Of a DNA stretch of 64,000 bases, positions 51,183-61,436 are shown one piece after another. Made by a program: the position numbers and the translations under genes. Origin of the DNA: a virus (lineage: Duplodnaviria; Heunggongvirae; Uroviricota; Caudoviricetes); IMG/VR virus record IMGVR_UViG_2576861193_000002; one strand, 5' to 3'. The notes beneath the pieces were generated by a model. That model was not told the DNA's origin and searched no databases. It saw only the letters and a list, made by a program, of their open reading frames with translations. How positions within the stretch are numbered: position 1 is the first letter of the stretch; every line of letters starts with the position of its first letter.

Positions 51183-51569
51183 TTATCTGGATATAATGGT
51201 TTGGAAAGCTACGGTAAAAATAAAGCGCCCTTCTCTCGTCTGCATTGCAGGAATAGCGCCAACTGGCTTCATGTGTGTAATTTTATCAGTTTTATACTCT
51301 GTTATCATACTTTGCCGTATTGCGTCGGCGAGATCTTCCACTTCACTGATATTTGCGTCATTGCGCGCTGAAATAACCAGGATGCGGAAGTAGTCACGGG
51401 TTACCGCTTCTTCACCAGCCGCGCCGCCGTTTTGCTGTATGACAATATATCTGCTGTTATTCGAATTGGATCGCTCATTCCAGAAACGGGCCTGCAAAAT
51501 ATAACCTTCGTCGTACCCGTGGGATTTAATCCAATCCCTTATTTCGTCGTATACTTCGCTGCGTTTCAT
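51183..51569 (-). CDS. tail terminator / tail completion protein
   Basis: 128 aa, synteny. Confidence 0.5.
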   Translation of the reverse strand: MKRSEVYDEIRDWIKSHGYDEGYILQARFWNERSNSNNSRYIVIQQNGGAAGEEAVTRDYFRILVISARNDANISEVEDLADAIRQSMITEYKTDKITHMKPVGAIPAMQTREGRFIFTVAFQTIISR

Positions 51570-52045
51570 GATTGTTTCGTCCAGTACCCAAGTTTAATCG
51601 TGTTCCAGATTTCATTGAAATTATCTGGTTCCTCGAACGCCTTGCGCAAAAATTCCGGTTCCGCGTTCGGATCCCAGTAATAACCTTTCCCAGTACCGCC
51701 GCCGAACTCAATTACCTGTTTCGGTCCGAAATCTGAAAGGTTATTGGTTTTCCCGAAATGCTCGCGCGGCTGTCCCATTAATGTACCTGGCATGTCATGC
51801 ACCCACTCAGCATAGCGGGCGGTATATCCAACCCTGAGACAAAGGCCGTTACCGTTTTTCTCAACTGTCTGGTACATACTGTTAATTAAAAACCCTGTAT
51901 CAACTGGAGTCATTCCAGACGCAAGGCCAGAGGCAACATTGCCAACCATCCATAGCACTTCATAAGTTTTTTTATCTGCTATATTCCTGATCTCTTCCGT
52001 CATTTTCATGCGGACGCGCCTGACGCCTTTTAGCGGCATAATCAA
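51566..52045 (-). CDS. HK97 gp10-like neck protein
   Basis: 159 aa, synteny. Confidence 0.5.
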   Translation of the reverse strand: MIMPLKGVRRVRMKMTEEIRNIADKKTYEVLWMVGNVASGLASGMTPVDTGFLINSMYQTVEKNGNGLCLRVGYTARYAEWVHDMPGTLMGQPREHFGKTNNLSDFGPKQVIEFGGGTGKGYYWDPNAEPEFLRKAFEEPDNFNEIWNTIKLGYWTKQS

Positions 52046-52431
52046 CCCCCTGTCACGATCTTATAATCCGGCGTGTCGTTAAACATGCTCATGTCCCATT
52101 CAACGACTCCGGTTATAAAGTTGGCCCCAGCCGCCAGCGGGTCAGCAATAGTAGTGGTGTCACCAGTGGCAAGCATCCAGCCTTTTTCCGGGCGCTGTAC
52201 TGGCTGCATATCGTGAAGCAGTTCGGTATATACGGTTATTGTGTTGCTAACCTCATTCCCGTTTGCGTCTGTTGCGGTTCCGTCAGTGCGTTCCCATGCA
52301 CAATCAATCAGGTATGGCGTTCCGTATACGTCGGAGTTTGTCCAGTCGTCACGCGTCACGGGGTAAATGGTGGCCAACGCTTTGTAGCTGAATCTCGCGA
52401 TCTTACTCATAGCCATAGCTCCATTTAACAA
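52042..52431 (-). CDS. head closure / head-tail adaptor protein
   Basis: 129 aa, synteny. Confidence 0.5.
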   Translation of the reverse strand: MLNGAMAMSKIARFSYKALATIYPVTRDDWTNSDVYGTPYLIDCAWERTDGTATDANGNEVSNTITVYTELLHDMQPVQRPEKGWMLATGDTTTIADPLAAGANFITGVVEWDMSMFNDTPDYKIVTGG

Positions 52432-52588
52432 TTTTCGGATGGGTTTTCGCCACGCGCGGGCAAAGAATCACCCATTCTCCAGCGTCATTAAGATATGCCG
52501 CCACCTGTCGCCCGGTATCAGTCTGCACCCATACGCGGGTAAACAGTTTTGGTAATAGCGGATCCGGTAATGTCAGGTCATTCCACAT
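52403..52588 (-). CDS. hypothetical small protein
   Basis: 61 aa ORF between connector genes. Confidence 0.3.
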   Translation of the reverse strand: MWNDLTLPDPLLPKLFTRVWVQTDTGRQVAAYLNDAGEWVILCPRVAKTHPKIVKWSYGYE

Positions 52589-52590
52589 TG

Positions 52591-52977
52591 TTACATCCTC
52601 CCGCTTTTACCTATCCACAGCCCAGCGTGTGCGGTGTTTTCTGGATCCGGCGGAATCAGTTCTGCTGTGCAATGGTGTTTGTCCAGTGAGTAAAGCAACG
52701 AATAGGCTGCCTTCCATTTCTTATTGAAATCGACATAGCGGTAAGACTGGCTTGCACCGTTCGTGCCTGTGTGTGAGGAAACGTATTTATTCGCCTGTGT
52801 GAGTCCTAACAGTCCGATCAGATAAAGTTGAATTAATGTTGCAGTGGGGGCCGGATAGTTAGCATCAAGGCATTCGTTAACGCTGTTTGCCTGCTCCACC
52901 AGCAAGGATAAAACCACGTCTGGTATTTCAATTCCCTGACTTTCAAGATATTCCCGCGCCTGTTGTGTAGTAACCAT
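52591..52977 (-). CDS. head-tail connector (gp6-like) protein
   Basis: Start at MVTTQQAREYL; directly downstream of major capsid gene. Confidence 0.55.
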   Translation of the reverse strand: MVTTQQAREYLESQGIEIPDVVLSLLVEQANSVNECLDANYPAPTATLIQLYLIGLLGLTQANKYVSSHTGTNGASQSYRYVDFNKKWKAAYSLLYSLDKHHCTAELIPPDPENTAHAGLWIGKSGRM

Positions 52978-53042
52978 TTTGTTTTCTCCACATACAAAAA
53001 AAATCCCCGGCATTGCGCCGGGGAGTTACAGGAAACGTTATA

Positions 53043-54095
53043 TTAGGAATTTTTGCCGTAAACGACTCCGGAACGGCCCAGCATGTCGCAGGTGATTTGT
53101 AAACCTTCGGCAGACATGATTTTGAAATTGTAGTTATCGGTAGGCATGGTGCGCGGTACAGGTACTACGCCAGTAGTCATACCGATCAGCGGGGTGATAA
53201 CGTCACGACGGCGCTGATAAGCAATGATTTCGTTGCCTTTCAGTGCAAAGGTCTGGCGGATTTCACCAACCGGGGCGAACGGCATAACCGTATTGAGCAC
53301 GCTGCCAACTACAGCACCGTTAACGATGTGCGGGCGGGCCAGGTTAGCCATGATTTCAGGTGATACCCACATAACATCATATTTAGCAACGAAGTTATTG
53401 CGGGCCAGAACACCAAATTCACCAATGGTGAAGAAGTCGATCAGTGCGTCAAATTTTGCAGTGGTCAGGTCAGTGGTCATGGTTAGTTGTTGGGTGTTTT
53501 TGTGGTTTTTAATACCCATAGCTTTATGACCATCAACCGCGATGTTTTCGTTACCTTCCAGGTAGAAGTTAACGCGTTTTTTGTTGAATTTTTTCAGTTT
53601 CAGGCGCTGACTGTCCAGGGCGAGGTCAATACCTACAGTATTTAAGCCCTGAGCTAAACGCCAGTTAACACCGTAACCAGCTGCGAACATCGGGATCGGG
53701 TCGCCATCGCTGCCGTATTCGGTGTGATCAAAGCCGTGTGGCGCCTGACCATCCATAGACATTACGACTTCATCGTTGATGTCGCCGGATACGCTGTACA
53801 TTTTCAGCGTTTTACCGATAGGCAGTACGGTTTGCACACCCATCAGGTCGTTGACGATCTCAATACCGATTTCCTCGGTGTTCAGTTCGATGATCTGGTT
53901 ATCAATTTCTTTCCAGAACTCTTTTGCGAAGCCACCAACAGCGTTACAGGCAAGCATTTCAGAAGTCATGTTTGCTTTGTTTGCTGCAATCATGGCGTCA
54001 TGCTGAGCGTTGAAGATATTGCGCTGCGCCCACAGTTCGCTCCAATGACCCTGCATACGGGCGTTGGTAGCAAGGTTTTCTTTAGTAAAGTACAT
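53043..54095 (-). CDS. major capsid protein (lambda E-like)
   Basis: 350 aa; preceded by decoration protein gene. Confidence 0.8.
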   Translation of the reverse strand: MYFTKENLATNARMQGHWSELWAQRNIFNAQHDAMIAANKANMTSEMLACNAVGGFAKEFWKEIDNQIIELNTEEIGIEIVNDLMGVQTVLPIGKTLKMYSVSGDINDEVVMSMDGQAPHGFDHTEYGSDGDPIPMFAAGYGVNWRLAQGLNTVGIDLALDSQRLKLKKFNKKRVNFYLEGNENIAVDGHKAMGIKNHKNTQQLTMTTDLTTAKFDALIDFFTIGEFGVLARNNFVAKYDVMWVSPEIMANLARPHIVNGAVVGSVLNTVMPFAPVGEIRQTFALKGNEIIAYQRRRDVITPLIGMTTGVVPVPRTMPTDNYNFKIMSAEGLQITCDMLGRSGVVYGKNS

Positions 54096-54112
54096 GTTTT
54101 TCCCCTTTTAAA

Positions 54113-54535
54113 TTAAGCGACGCGAACGCGGATAAAGTCTTCCGCTTCCAGTCTTACGTCTTCCTGGCAGAATGCAATGGTTTTTGCCGATCCGCCGTCC
54201 ACAGCAGAAGACAATTTAGCGCCATCTGACGCAAGGGCAATGGCTGCGCCTTTGGTGTAGGTTGCAGCAGGAACACGAAGAGCAAACTCACGCCCCTGTT
54301 CCACATAATCAGCAACAACCGTAGCATTAGCTGCGATTGCATCTGCAATGGTTTTACCTTCATGGAATGCTGGGTTAACGATATACAACTGCTCATTGTC
54401 AACATCAGCAGTGACCGCTTTAACGAATTTACCGCCCTGCAGTTTAACCAGTTCACCTGGTTTTAATTCAGCACCAGCGAGGCGGGTTTCGGTGATGGAC
54501 TTGCCATCAATATTTACACGACGAAAACGAAACAT
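54113..54535 (-). CDS. head decoration protein (gpD-like)
   Basis: 140 aa immediately upstream of major capsid gene. Confidence 0.65.
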   Translation of the reverse strand: MFRFRRVNIDGKSITETRLAGAELKPGELVKLQGGKFVKAVTADVDNEQLYIVNPAFHEGKTIADAIAANATVVADYVEQGREFALRVPAATYTKGAAIALASDGAKLSSAVDGGSAKTIAFCQEDVRLEAEDFIRVRVA

Positions 54536-54551
54536 TGTGATCCCCTTTTAA

Positions 54552-55835
54552 TTAGAAATAAGTGTTAAAGTCCGGGACTTCGCCTTTTTTACCTTCGCTT
54601 GCTGCGTTGGCTGCCATCGGCGCGGCTTTGCCCAGGGATTTAAACATTGCTTCTAACGCTTCACCATTTAATGCGTTAGCAACAATTTCGCCGTGAACTT
54701 TTGCTACTGCGGCGCGTTTTTCTGCTTCTTCTTTATTTGCGTTTGCTGCGATCTCTTCTTTGATCGCTTTCTGGTTGGTCTGTAATTCTTCAACGCTTGC
54801 CTGTACTGGTTTTAATGCCTCTGCTACTGCATTAGCGATATTAGCGGCTAAACCTTCGTTAATTTCTTTTACCAGTTCGGCGCGTTCTTCTTTGGTCAAA
54901 GGCATGGGTTCACCCTCCGATTTATTGGCCTTAATTTTTTCATTCAGGGAGAAAAGATTAGATAAGTGTTCAGCGAACTGAGCGAACCACGATTTGCTTT
55001 CCTCATTGGTTGCAAGCTCGCCATTATTGAGAACAATTTTATCAGCCTGTTTTTGGTAGTTGTATTTTTCCGCGTAATTTTTATTGGTGGCGATCGTCAC
55101 TTCTTTATCAGTGAAGTCCACGACATAGACATAATCGGCATCAGGAAGCAATTCACGCGCAGCTTCAGCAAGTTGTCTTTCAAGCGTGCGATAGCTGTTT
55201 TCTTTCATTGCCACCGCCATTAACGGTTTTGCCTGGTCAGTGTTAACCATCAGGCCAACGCCCTGCTCTGGTGATGCGGCTGGCGGCTCATGCAGCAAAA
55301 TAGCGTCATGATCAATCGACATGATTTTGACAACGCTGTCAGCACCCTGGGCTTTCATCTCTTCAGTAGCTGGCATACGTTGACGGTATACGGCTACGGA
55401 TGACCAGATCGGATCTTTGCTTTCGCCTTTTTCCAGCGCTTCCAGTCGGCTTAATAATTCGCGTCCTTGTTCTGAATGGCTGGCAGTTTCAACATCCACC
55501 CATTTTTCCACATAAACACGGTTCCCACGCAATTCAACATTCCTGTTCCATGCACCACAAAAACCAATATTTAGTCCTTCAGGGCTAAATGCGGAAACAA
55601 ATTCACCGTCAACCGTAGGATGGCCCAACGGTGCGAGTGTTCCTTCCAGCGACTGATAATTAGCGATAATTTCAGCTTCCGGGTAATATTCCCGATTCAT
55701 AACGATATTGAAGGGCAACGTATAGGACGGGACTACAATGTGTTCACGCCCGTTATATGTTTCCCGACGGATGGTATTAGCGGTTAATTTGGTATTAACC
55801 TGAATCAATTCTTTATTCACGGTTTTTACTCCCAA
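54552..55835 (-). CDS. prohead protease / scaffolding protein
   Basis: 427 aa; C-terminal half Ala/Glu/Lys-rich coiled coil typical of scaffold. Confidence 0.55.
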   Translation of the reverse strand: MGVKTVNKELIQVNTKLTANTIRRETYNGREHIVVPSYTLPFNIVMNREYYPEAEIIANYQSLEGTLAPLGHPTVDGEFVSAFSPEGLNIGFCGAWNRNVELRGNRVYVEKWVDVETASHSEQGRELLSRLEALEKGESKDPIWSSVAVYRQRMPATEEMKAQGADSVVKIMSIDHDAILLHEPPAASPEQGVGLMVNTDQAKPLMAVAMKENSYRTLERQLAEAARELLPDADYVYVVDFTDKEVTIATNKNYAEKYNYQKQADKIVLNNGELATNEESKSWFAQFAEHLSNLFSLNEKIKANKSEGEPMPLTKEERAELVKEINEGLAANIANAVAEALKPVQASVEELQTNQKAIKEEIAANANKEEAEKRAAVAKVHGEIVANALNGEALEAMFKSLGKAAPMAANAASEGKKGEVPDFNTYF

Positions 55836-56770
55836 TCTTCGCCATATTTAGCGTGCGCAACCTTATAATTTTCTTGCGCTCGCTCTAATATTCGTTTGTT
55901 TAATATGTTACCAGACTCATCAACCATCACGGTAATAGTGCTACATTTGCAGTTAATTGAATTTGGCGATCTGCTCCACCATTCGCGCTGCTCTTCTATG
56001 GTGTACGTTTTCCCGTGCCGCTGTGCGTGTGACAGCCTGGTAGTCGGTGACAATGCTGAAATGTGCATTTGCATAGTGCGCAAATTAAGCTCTTCCGTCG
56101 CCGCTTCTGCCTCATCCATACGCGCTGTGCGTAACGCTGTGCATATTTCAGTGCGGGCAATACGTTTGCACCTGTATAGCGGTAATTGCGTTTCCTGCTG
56201 CAATGTGCGCGCTATTTCAAGTGGATTTAAACCACGGGCCATGCCTTCAGTTAATCGGCGGGCCATATCCTTCTTGATCTGTGCGGTCAGCCCGCGCATC
56301 TCTTCAAATACACGGGTACGGACCAGGGCAAGGCGCGTGCGATAGGTCTGGCTGGTTAATACCGCCGACACTTCAGGGTAAGCCCTGGAATATGTGACTG
56401 ACTGATTAGCGAGGTTGGCGTATTCCTGAGAAGTGCCGCGTTGATATGCCACCTTTACATATTCTTGCCAGAACCAGAAGTTTTCCGGGTCTGTTAACTC
56501 GAATATTTCATCAATCATGTCGCTGGCGTCTTCCAGCAAGTCATGTAATTCGTCAATGTAGATCTGAAAGGTGTATTTTTTATTAACAGCCAGGCTATAT
56601 TGCATTCTGTCCAGTATGGCAATATACGGATCCGCAACTTTCTTCAGGCAGGCTTTAAAACGCTTGATAGCGCCAGACCGTAACTTCCCTGTCATGGTCG
56701 GGTCTTCGGTGTTAGATGGCATTATCGCGGCGGGAGGTATTCGCCTGATTATTTTCTTCACCTTCATCAT
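55826..56770 (-). CDS. head morphogenesis protein (SPP1 gp7 / Mu F-like)
   Basis: 314 aa immediately after portal. Confidence 0.65.
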   Translation of the reverse strand: MMKVKKIIRRIPPAAIMPSNTEDPTMTGKLRSGAIKRFKACLKKVADPYIAILDRMQYSLAVNKKYTFQIYIDELHDLLEDASDMIDEIFELTDPENFWFWQEYVKVAYQRGTSQEYANLANQSVTYSRAYPEVSAVLTSQTYRTRLALVRTRVFEEMRGLTAQIKKDMARRLTEGMARGLNPLEIARTLQQETQLPLYRCKRIARTEICTALRTARMDEAEAATEELNLRTMQMHISALSPTTRLSHAQRHGKTYTIEEQREWWSRSPNSINCKCSTITVMVDESGNILNKRILERAQENYKVAHAKYGEDWE

Positions 56771-58085
56771 CGTTTTCCTCGTCTTCCAGTTCTACTTCAC
56801 TAGCTGGGCCATCGTATCCGGCAGCTTCGCGGATCTCGTCACCGCTAAATATTTCCTCACCAGTAGCAAGACAAGCCTGATTGATTTGCGCCATTTTGTG
56901 TGCCGCTTCCAGTAGCTCGGCTTTTGTCATGGCGTTAAGGTCATCCCATAAAACTGATACATCGACTGGCATACTGATAAGGCGGAGATCTGCCATCTTG
57001 CGGAATAGTTCCTCAAGCTCGCCTCCAATTTCCTCACGGCGGGTCATACAGCGATTATTGAAGTAGCGTAGGTCTTCAGTTGATGCGCGTTCGCCCTGCT
57101 GATTCCCTACCAGGATACGCGTCGGAATGTCGATACCAGCGGCGGCAGTTTGCAGGTTGACGTCATAGGTTGCAGATGGATCGGCTACGGCAGTTACCAG
57201 CGGGCTAACACTTGCCCCTTGTAATGCCATCATCACATCATTACCCCTATTCATTTCTGCTGCTGCCTCGTTGAATTTCTCGCGTAGCTCTGTAACGTCG
57301 CAATCGTATGTTGCAGCCAGGGAACGGAAATCAATCTCTTTATCGAACGAGATAGCCAGTTGACGAGCGGCATTTTTCAGGAATGACTCACCGCTACCGC
57401 CTTCCACTTTCTCCAGCGAAACGAAAGCGTTATAGGACGGCTCAAGGAAAGCGATAGCATCATCAGAATAATCACCGAAAATAAAGATACGGTCTGGATG
57501 AATCTTTCTTGCTATGGTCTTACTGTTGATGCGCTCCTTGTATTCCCACCATGTCGGCAGGCCATAGTTTTCTTTATCCGGGTTTTCTTCGAAGTCCTTC
57601 GGCGTAAGAGCACCAGCCCACACAGGGGTGAATTTGGCAATGCCTACGCCTTTTGTTACTGGCTGATCCCACGGCTGATTATCTCTGACATGAATTAACA
57701 GGCCCGCATAACGACCGATGAGGCGGCGGCGATCGCATTCAGCTATGACGCGCCAGAAACGATTATCAAATTGCTTTTTAATTTCTCTTTCCCACGGCGT
57801 TTCCGTTTCTGCTTTCTCGTCTTCCGTACCTTCAATCAGCGTTGGCCTGGTGCGCCAGCACGTAGTGATGATCTTCTCAATGGCACCGTGAGCGATACCA
57901 CCGCGACGATACAGCTTGTAAAGATCTTCATAGGTGATTTCTTCTTTGAATCCGTATTCACTCCACGCAGCGTCACGTTTTGCGTCAATACCCATTGAGA
58001 ATGGGTTAGCGGCTGCATAGCGGGCAAAGGCCGCCTGGCGTTGTGACAAGGCAGCATTAACCGCCAATTCTAAATTGGATGGCAT
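56712..58085 (-). CDS. portal protein
   Basis: Start at MPSNLE with SD aggag; acidic C-terminus; downstream of large terminase. Confidence 0.75.
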   Translation of the reverse strand: MPSNLELAVNAALSQRQAAFARYAAANPFSMGIDAKRDAAWSEYGFKEEITYEDLYKLYRRGGIAHGAIEKIITTCWRTRPTLIEGTEDEKAETETPWEREIKKQFDNRFWRVIAECDRRRLIGRYAGLLIHVRDNQPWDQPVTKGVGIAKFTPVWAGALTPKDFEENPDKENYGLPTWWEYKERINSKTIARKIHPDRIFIFGDYSDDAIAFLEPSYNAFVSLEKVEGGSGESFLKNAARQLAISFDKEIDFRSLAATYDCDVTELREKFNEAAAEMNRGNDVMMALQGASVSPLVTAVADPSATYDVNLQTAAAGIDIPTRILVGNQQGERASTEDLRYFNNRCMTRREEIGGELEELFRKMADLRLISMPVDVSVLWDDLNAMTKAELLEAAHKMAQINQACLATGEEIFSGDEIREAAGYDGPASEVELEDEENDDEGEENNQANTSRRDNAI

Positions 58086-58163
58086 AATGTTTACTCCTGA
58101 ATACATGTTTACGCGTTGCTACGCGAAAAATAGAAAAATTCGTGATGGGTTGTGAGGCAGATT

Positions 58164-59648
58164 TTAAAATCCGCGCAGGCGCTTAGGTAACATAAGGCCT
58201 ATAGCTTGAGGCTGACTCAATTCAGTGATGCCCCACACCATAGCGTCGAGTCGGTCCGGGGATTTTTTGGCGGTAGCTGGCACGTATTCCATCATTTGAT
58301 TTTCCAGCGTGTACAGTTCGCCAGTGTGAGCGACCTTGCCTTGCGCATACAATGCGGATATTGGTTCCGCGCGGGCAAACTTACCCTTACTGGCGTGAAC
58401 CTTAACGATACGACCATCAAAGCGAGCATTGCGTAAGGTTGCCTCCGCCATGTCGCCGCCCTGGTTGGTTTCGATAACTATCGCATCAGCTTCGTGGATC
58501 TTGTAAGCGCGTATTGCAGTTTGCGCCCAATCGTTAGGCGACATGCGGCCTGAATAGTCACCATCAACAGAATACTGAGCATTCTTGCCGCCACCATAGG
58601 CGGAACATGCCACGATCCCGGTTTCGTCAGACTCATCAGATGACGTTGTCGCCGGGTCGATGGCTATCACAGTGCGGATCTTGTCCTGCGTTATCTGCAT
58701 CCGGTGCGCTGCGGTTATCATGGCTTCAGTCCACAATGCACCATCTTCGTCGAATTTACGCGGGCGCTGCATGTACTGGGCTTCAAATGACCGCCTGTGT
58801 GCTTTCAGTCCAGCTTCATGGGCGTCATTGTGCTTTTTAGGCCATAGCCAGCCATCTGGCAGGTTGTGAGCGATAGGGATGGCGAACTCGTTTTCAGGGT
58901 ACAGATCCCAGTAGTCCAGGCTATTGTCTATCTTCACTGGCAGGTTAAGGTGATACCATTTCTCACCACTCCCACCGCGTAGCAGGTAGCCGGACAAATC
59001 ATCATAGTGGATGCGCTGCATGATGACGATGACAGGCGTTGTTTGCACTGCCAGACGTGAAGCAAGTGTGTCGTTATAATTGGTGTTTACCTGCTTTCTC
59101 ACCACGTCAGAGTAAGCGTCAGCGGGTTTCAATGGGTCGTCTATGATTAACGCGCCGTTAAATCCTGATTCCATGTACCCAGCACGGAACCCAGTTACCT
59201 GGCCAAGCGATGACGTTGCATACACGCCGCCACCGTATTCAGTCCACCACATCGATTTACTGTTGGCATCGTTGCGGATCTTCATGGGCCACATTGCCTG
59301 ATATTCAGGCGTACAGATCATGTTTCTTACAGTCGAGGAGTTGAGTAGCGCCAGGTTGTTGGAATAGGAAACGTGAAGGAATCTTGTGCGGGGATTTATT
59401 GCGAGGGACCGCGCCATCATGTTGATAGTCGCGATCATGGTTTTACCGTACCCTGGGGGAATATTAATGATGAGGCGGGTGATCTCACCATTAATAACGC
59501 GTTGCAGTGCATCACGGATGGCTAAATGATGGCCTGAGATTAACATCTTCGTTCCGTTCGCTTGTTTATAGAAATAGCGATTGAAAAACAGGCCATCGTT
59601 TTCACATTTGGACTGAATAACTCGTTCTTTGATTGTCAGCATAATCAC
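58164..59648 (-). CDS. terminase large subunit
   Basis: 494 aa; Walker A-like PPGYGKT; C-terminal nuclease acidic motifs. Confidence 0.9.
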   Translation of the reverse strand: MIMLTIKERVIQSKCENDGLFFNRYFYKQANGTKMLISGHHLAIRDALQRVINGEITRLIINIPPGYGKTMIATINMMARSLAINPRTRFLHVSYSNNLALLNSSTVRNMICTPEYQAMWPMKIRNDANSKSMWWTEYGGGVYATSSLGQVTGFRAGYMESGFNGALIIDDPLKPADAYSDVVRKQVNTNYNDTLASRLAVQTTPVIVIMQRIHYDDLSGYLLRGGSGEKWYHLNLPVKIDNSLDYWDLYPENEFAIPIAHNLPDGWLWPKKHNDAHEAGLKAHRRSFEAQYMQRPRKFDEDGALWTEAMITAAHRMQITQDKIRTVIAIDPATTSSDESDETGIVACSAYGGGKNAQYSVDGDYSGRMSPNDWAQTAIRAYKIHEADAIVIETNQGGDMAEATLRNARFDGRIVKVHASKGKFARAEPISALYAQGKVAHTGELYTLENQMMEYVPATAKKSPDRLDAMVWGITELSQPQAIGLMLPKRLRGF

Positions 59649-60130
59649 ACCTCATCTTCTACTTCCTGAACGATGCGGGCGATCTCTTCTTTCGTGACTT
59701 CAACCCGGACGGGTGCTTCTTCCCTGTTGCCGACGATCTCCTGTGTGACGCGTTCACCATATTTACGCGGTTGCAGTTTTGCCAGTAGCCATTTACGCGT
59801 TTCAATCATCAGTTGATGGCGGCGGCACTCATCTTTGTCGATGTTCTCCGCTGCGTCGGCTATGTCGATAATCTCATCAGCTAATACCTCAAAACCGATC
59901 TCTTTCGCGCGTATGTACATGTCCGAGAACTCTGGCACGTCTCTGAACCATTTAAGAATTGTTGAACGCGCAGGCATATCAGGCATCTTAGAAATTTTGT
60001 TAATGCTCTGACCGTCCGCAACCAGCTCACAGATCTCTAATGCCTTTTCTTCGGTATAACCATGCGGACGGCCCACCTTTTTAGCTGCTGGCTTTTTATC
60101 GTCAGCCTTTGCCTTTTTAGTGCGGGCCAT
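59645..60130 (-). CDS. terminase small subunit
   Basis: 161 aa; N-terminal HTH (…LEICELVADGQSINKISKM…); overlaps large subunit start. Confidence 0.7.
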   Translation of the reverse strand: MARTKKAKADDKKPAAKKVGRPHGYTEEKALEICELVADGQSINKISKMPDMPARSTILKWFRDVPEFSDMYIRAKEIGFEVLADEIIDIADAAENIDKDECRRHQLMIETRKWLLAKLQPRKYGERVTQEIVGNREEAPVRVEVTKEEIARIVQEVEDEV

Positions 60131-60293
60131 AATTCACCTCTTAAAATTTATTCACTATATATAAACACTCGATTAATGTTGCGAAGTATATTGATACACC
60201 CAACCAACTTGATGGATATTTCATTGTCTGCCATTCTCTTTCTTTGGCTTACTAAGTTTAGGAAGCGCATAAAATGCGCGTCCAAGCCATAAC

Positions 60294-60362
60294 CTATTGA
60301 GTCAGCGCGGCCATGGTAAGAACAATCGCAACGATCAGGAAAAAGAAATCAAGCCATTTCAT
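60294..60362 (-). CDS. mini-ORF 1 (22 aa hydrophobic peptide)
   Basis: MKWLDFFFLIVAIVLTMAALTQ; SD aggtga. Confidence 0.4.
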   Translation of the reverse strand: MKWLDFFFLIVAIVLTMAALTQ

Positions 60363-60378
60363 TTTAATCACCTGCGAT

Positions 60379-60450
60379 TCAACTAAGATTTAAAATCACC
60401 GCAATAACAACGATCACTACAATCATGCAAAAGAAGTCTGCTTCTTTCAT
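60379..60450 (-). CDS. mini-ORF 2 (23 aa hydrophobic peptide)
   Basis: MKEADFFCMIVVIVVIAVILNLS; SD gaggg. Confidence 0.4.
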   Translation of the reverse strand: MKEADFFCMIVVIVVIAVILNLS

Positions 60451-60455
60451 CTTTT

Positions 60456-60527
60456 TAACCCTCGATAGAAATCAACGGCAATGACTGCAATAACAGCCAC
60501 CAGCAAAAGCATTTCGTATGCGTTCAT
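60456..60527 (-). CDS. mini-ORF 3 (23 aa hydrophobic peptide)
   Basis: MNAYEMLLLVAVIAVIAVDFYRG; SD gaagg. Confidence 0.4.
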
Positions 60528-60537
60528 GTGAATACCT

Positions 60538-60612
60538 TCAGCTTTCGATGAATATCATTATCGCCAGCCATACAGCGACGCATAAAGAAAGGATAACGAG
60601 CGGGTCAATCAT
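60538..60612 (-). CDS. mini-ORF 4 (24 aa hydrophobic peptide)
   Basis: MIDPLVILSLCVAVWLAIMIFIES; starts 2 nt after stop of HExxH gene. Confidence 0.4.
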   Translation of the reverse strand: MIDPLVILSLCVAVWLAIMIFIES

Positions 60613-60614
60613 AA

Positions 60615-61157
60615 TCAGCCTCGTTTAAAGCTCATAACACGCGGTACAAGCGCCTCTTTTGCTTTCTGCTTACGTTTGCCTTTCTTCGCTGGTTTTTCTT
60701 CTTCCTTCGGCTGCTCTGCCTGCTCTAATGCCTGATCGACGACTTCAGCCGCCTGCATTGCCGCCACCCGTGCTTCATTTGATTCTGCCAGGATGGGGAA
60801 GAAAGCATCAAAGATACGGCCTACCATGTAAGCGTATGTCTCATTTGCAGGGTGGCTCGGATCTGTAGTGGCAACGACGCCTACATCACTTAATACGTGA
60901 AACGTCGTGTGGGCCGCCTCATGTACCAGCGTTCCTAACTCATTGTCGAATACTGCGATCACGTAGAAGTTACCGCCTTTCTCGCCAGTGCAAGTAAGCG
61001 TCAATCCTCCTGCCAGTTCGAAATCAGGTTCGATTGGTACTCCTGCCTTTTCGCAAAATTCATAAAACATCTCGCGGGTCGGGCAAAAGAAAACTGTTGT
61101 ATGCTCAAAGAGCGGGACTTTGAATTGAGGCAACTTAATGCCTTTAGCCTTAGCCAT
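60615..61157 (-). CDS. hypothetical protein with HExxH motif (putative zinc metallopeptidase-like)
   Basis: 180 aa; …GTLVHEAAHTTFHVL…; Lys-rich C-terminal tail. Confidence 0.5.
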   Translation of the reverse strand: MAKAKGIKLPQFKVPLFEHTTVFFCPTREMFYEFCEKAGVPIEPDFELAGGLTLTCTGEKGGNFYVIAVFDNELGTLVHEAAHTTFHVLSDVGVVATTDPSHPANETYAYMVGRIFDAFFPILAESNEARVAAMQAAEVVDQALEQAEQPKEEEKPAKKGKRKQKAKEALVPRVMSFKRG

Positions 61158-61436
61158 CAGAATATTCCTCTATCCTGAAAAATATAACCCCCGCAAAACT
61201 CGACACCGCAGGGAGTGAAAACAGCTATAAAACACTGAAAACGGCGCTGTGTGAGTACCGTTTACAGAATTTTATAAAACTGTAGAATGGCGCTTTCTTC
61301 TACCCAGGTAGCGCCTGACCTGTTAATGGGACTGTTGATCCGGTATTACGTGTTTTTGACTTTTCCGCCGTCGCTCGCGGGAAGGATTGGCCCGGTTATG
61401 GCTGGCTGGCAGAAACGGCGACACGTCCACGCGCTG

